Shown here piece by piece: positions 26,051 to 28,538 of a stretch of 28,538 bases of DNA (its first letter is position 1; each line of letters starts with the position of its first letter). A program made the translations under genes and the position numbers. The notes under the pieces were generated by a model. It did no database searches, was not told the DNA's origin, and worked only from the letters and a program-made list of their open reading frames with translations. The stretch lies in sequence record KM389306.1; one strand, 5' to 3'. The stretch comes from Escherichia phage Phi06_2974 B.

Positions 26051-26319
26051 TTACTGCAAAAGAAGCCGAAAAACGGACCCGTGAAATTGTCGCGGAATAT
26101 ATCAGTGAATGTGGTTGTGAAAATCCCAACCATATCCGGCAGGTATTAATCAAATTAATCAGCATGGCTTCACACGCCATCGTAGCAACAAATGGCCTAG
26201 ATCAGGCTATTTACGTTCTTCACGCCACCAGTGACCACCTGAGAAAAATGCCGCCGCTGTACGAGCTGGAAATTACTGAGGACGGCCACGTGAAAGTTAT
26301 CGGCGTATCACGCCATTGA
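26047..26319 (+). CDS. hypothetical protein (90 aa)
   Basis: ORF track; ATGA overlap with preceding gene; lower G+C. Confidence 0.45.
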   Translation: MITAKEAEKRTREIVAEYISECGCENPNHIRQVLIKLISMASHAIVATNGLDQAIYVLHATSDHLRKMPPLYELEITEDGHVKVIGVSRH

Positions 26320-26334
26320 TTTGGGGAAGATAAG

Positions 26335-26631
26335 ATGAAAGGCATGAAATTATATAACCGTTCGACGATCTACAATCTGGCCCTCAAAACCTTCGGCCCA
26401 GAAGCTCAGGCTCTGAAGCTGATGGAAGAAGCTGCCGAACTGGCCGCTGCTGCTGCCCGCAACATGAACGGACTGGGCAATGAAGTTGATCTGGCAGGCG
26501 AACTGGCTGACGTTGAAATCATGATTGAACAGTTCCTCCTAAACGGGATGGGCCTGATGATTGATTTTCATAAGCAGAAAAAGCTGGAACGCCTTGCCGA
26601 ACGCCTGGGGGTGACTTATGCCGCAGAATAA
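26335..26631 (+). CDS. putative MazG-like nucleotide pyrophosphohydrolase (all-alpha NTP-PPase fold)
   Basis: ORF track 98 aa; SD GGGGAAGA; paired acidic motifs LMEEAAELAAAAARN and LAGELADVEIMIEQ resemble the EExxE / ExxD metal-binding helices of small MazG-like proteins. Confidence 0.35.
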   Translation: MKGMKLYNRSTIYNLALKTFGPEAQALKLMEEAAELAAAAARNMNGLGNEVDLAGELADVEIMIEQFLLNGMGLMIDFHKQKKLERLAERLGVTYAAE

Positions 26632-27307
26632 TGAAAAGCTGCTGGAGAAGTTAAAAAAGCTACTTGCGCTGGCTAAATCCGATAACCCCCATGAAGCGGC
26701 ACTGGCACTGCAACGCGCCCAGAAACTGATGCAGGCCTATAACATCACCCAGGCTGACCTCGCACTCAGTGATATTGATGAAAGCGTCAGTAACTACTGG
26801 GCTGCAGGTAGCGTTAATCCGCCGCGTTATATGCTGGGTCTGCTGGATATTATCCAGGTGGCATTTGGCGTTAAGTCTATTATTCACTCCGGCTTTAAAC
26901 CCGGCGTTGGCTTTTACGGTAATAAAGACCGGGTTGAACTGGCCTCATATACATGGGAGGTACTGGCCAGACAGTTAATCATGGCCCGTAAAAACTATAT
27001 TCGACAGCAGAATAAAAGAATCAAAAACACGACCAAGACCAGCCGTGGTGACAAATTTGCCGAAGGGTGGGTTCTGGCCGTGCGTAGCGAGGTTCATTTA
27101 TTTGCTATGTCCCGCGAAGAACGGGAGCTGGCAAACCTCTGGCTTGAACAAAAATACCCTGATTCAGGAACAACCTCTGGCCGCAAAGCCGGTAAATCCC
27201 GTGACGCGGACATGTCCCGCCACATCGGTTACAGAGAGGGAGAAAACGTCCGTCTACATCAGCCTGTCAGCGGGCAGGAACAGCGGAAGCTGGGGAGTGG
27301 CTTATGA
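26618..27307 (+). CDS. hypothetical phage protein (N-terminal motif resembling DUF2786 family as recalled)
   Basis: ORF track 229 aa; overlaps upstream gene by 14 nt; N-terminus LLEKLKKLLALAKSDNPHEAALALQRAQKLM; basic C-terminal half. Confidence 0.4.
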   Translation: MPQNNEKLLEKLKKLLALAKSDNPHEAALALQRAQKLMQAYNITQADLALSDIDESVSNYWAAGSVNPPRYMLGLLDIIQVAFGVKSIIHSGFKPGVGFYGNKDRVELASYTWEVLARQLIMARKNYIRQQNKRIKNTTKTSRGDKFAEGWVLAVRSEVHLFAMSREERELANLWLEQKYPDSGTTSGRKAGKSRDADMSRHIGYREGENVRLHQPVSGQEQRKLGSGL

Positions 27308-27519
27308 TGGCTGAATCAATTGTATGTGCCTTGTTCTGGTATGGTCTCGTGGGGTGGTGTACTGCTGAACTGCACCGCCGTTCAGGGTTTTACTCACGTT
27401 ACAGCGGTACCGGACACTGGATCAGTTGGGCCGTTATGTTCCTGTGCTGGCCTGTCGCGCTTCCTTTATATGTCGACTATATCGGTGGCGCAGGTAAAAG
27501 GAGTGGCAATGATGACTAA
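27304..27519 (+). CDS. small membrane protein (two predicted TMDs)
   Basis: ORF track 71 aa; ATGA overlap with previous stop; hydrophobic stretches SIVCALFWYGLVGW and WISWAVMFLCWPVALPLYV. Confidence 0.45.
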   Translation: MMAESIVCALFWYGLVGWCTAELHRRSGFYSRYSGTGHWISWAVMFLCWPVALPLYVDYIGGAGKRSGNDD

Positions 27520-27937
27520 GCAGCGTCTTATTCAACTCATTCATATTGCCCGCAGCGACCTCCAGATGGATGAGGACACCTACCGCCAGATGCTACAGGG
27601 GCTGACCGGCAAAGCCTCAACCAAAGGGATGGATACCCCACAGCTAAACCGCGTGCTGGAATCAATGAAAAAGAAAGGCTTTCGCATTAAGCCTGCCGGG
27701 AAAGCCAAGTCCGGCTTACCGCTCGACAGCCATCCGCAGTCAAAGAAAATCCGTGCGCTATGGCTTGAAATGGCTGCCGCAGGCATCGTCCGTGACAGTT
27801 CAGAGCAGGCGCTGGCGCTGTGGGTTAAACGGGAAACCGGCATCAGCGCGTTACGCTGGCTCAGCAATGAGCAGGCAAGTAGCGTGATTGAGAAACTGAA
27901 GAAGTGGCAGCGCAGAGCTGCGGGAGTGAAGCAATGA
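27509..27937 (+). CDS. gemA: GemA-like regulatory protein (Mu gp16 family)
   Basis: ORF track 27320..27937 trimmed to ATG 27509 (SD AAAAGGAG); 142 aa MMTKQRLIQLIHIARSDLQMDEDTYRQML... resembles Mu GemA; directly upstream of Mor homolog as in Mu. Confidence 0.55.
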   Translation: MMTKQRLIQLIHIARSDLQMDEDTYRQMLQGLTGKASTKGMDTPQLNRVLESMKKKGFRIKPAGKAKSGLPLDSHPQSKKIRALWLEMAAAGIVRDSSEQALALWVKRETGISALRWLSNEQASSVIEKLKKWQRRAAGVKQ

Positions 27938-28323
27938 GCGACCTGAATCAGTTTCGTAGTAAAGGGCCGGAACTGTTGGTGGAACTGGCACAGCATACCT
28001 CTGAGACTGTCCGCGAGATTATTGATATCGAACCCGCAGTTGCCGACCAGATTGGTCAGGCCGTCGCGAACCGCATGATGCAGGTCTGGGGTGGGCAAAA
28101 CGTCTATTTTCCGATGGGCATGGTCTGGAAGGTCAGCCAGCGCGACCGGGAAATTTTCCTGGAGTTTGACGGGCGCAACCATCACGAACTGGCCCGCAAA
28201 TTTGGTGTTTCACTACAGTGGGTTTACAGCGTGGTGAAGCGGGTCAGAAAAGAAGAACTGGATCGGATGCAGGGCAAACTGTTTGATGGCGAACCTGATG
28301 CCGATACAGGGAAAAAGGAGTAA
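27934..28323 (+). CDS. mor: Mor/C-family transcriptional activator (middle/late gene activator)
   Basis: ORF track 27904..28323 trimmed to ATG 27934 (overlaps gemA-like stop); 129 aa with C-terminal HTH region YFPMG...ELARKFGVSLQWVYSVVKR typical of Mor/C family. Confidence 0.65.
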   Translation: MSDLNQFRSKGPELLVELAQHTSETVREIIDIEPAVADQIGQAVANRMMQVWGGQNVYFPMGMVWKVSQRDREIFLEFDGRNHHELARKFGVSLQWVYSVVKRVRKEELDRMQGKLFDGEPDADTGKKE

Positions 28324-28352
28324 TATCTGCAATCAGGCTGGTGCGAGTTCTG

Positions 28353-28404
<52 letters not shown>

Positions 28405-28538
28405 ATCCAGTCTCTTCCCATGTTGACCCAGTACTTCCCATAATTATCTCACTTATCCCCTGTCATTTATCTCAAGTCTAATCACATGCCCTGACGCCAG
28501 AGAAGAGAGTACAGCATCATGCCCCGGTAATCACGGGT

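Overview
This window is almost entirely a Mu-like transposable prophage, with two divergent gene blocks. Positions 1..18354 (minus strand) carry a late region: holin, SAR-type lytic-transglycosylase endolysin, embedded i-/o-spanin pair, terminase, portal, Mu F/G/I/T-like head genes, sheath, tube, a two-frame tail chaperone, tape measure, gpU/gpX/gpD-like baseplate genes (the last runs off the window start). Positions 20488..28323 (plus strand) carry an early region: Ner/Cro-like regulator, DDE transposase, AAA+ transposition ATPase, a run of small accessory genes, GemA-like and Mor-like regulators. Between the blocks lie an XRE-family repressor and a lipoprotein (both minus strand) and a Dam-like orphan adenine methyltransferase (plus strand). 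No integrase, tRNA, rRNA or CRISPR array was seen. This divergent layout differs from the colinear order of phage Mu and matches what I recall for the BcepMu-type phages (recalled, not verified). G+C and codon usage suggest an enterobacterial host (inference). I found no recognisable known defence system; the best candidates for something undescribed are the lysogeny-linked lipoprotein and methyltransferase (18602..19953) and the lower-G+C accessory cassette in the early operon (24885..27519). All calls rest on reading the ORF track, hand-checked start codons (the track also opens ORFs at GTG/TTG) and motifs; no database search was run.
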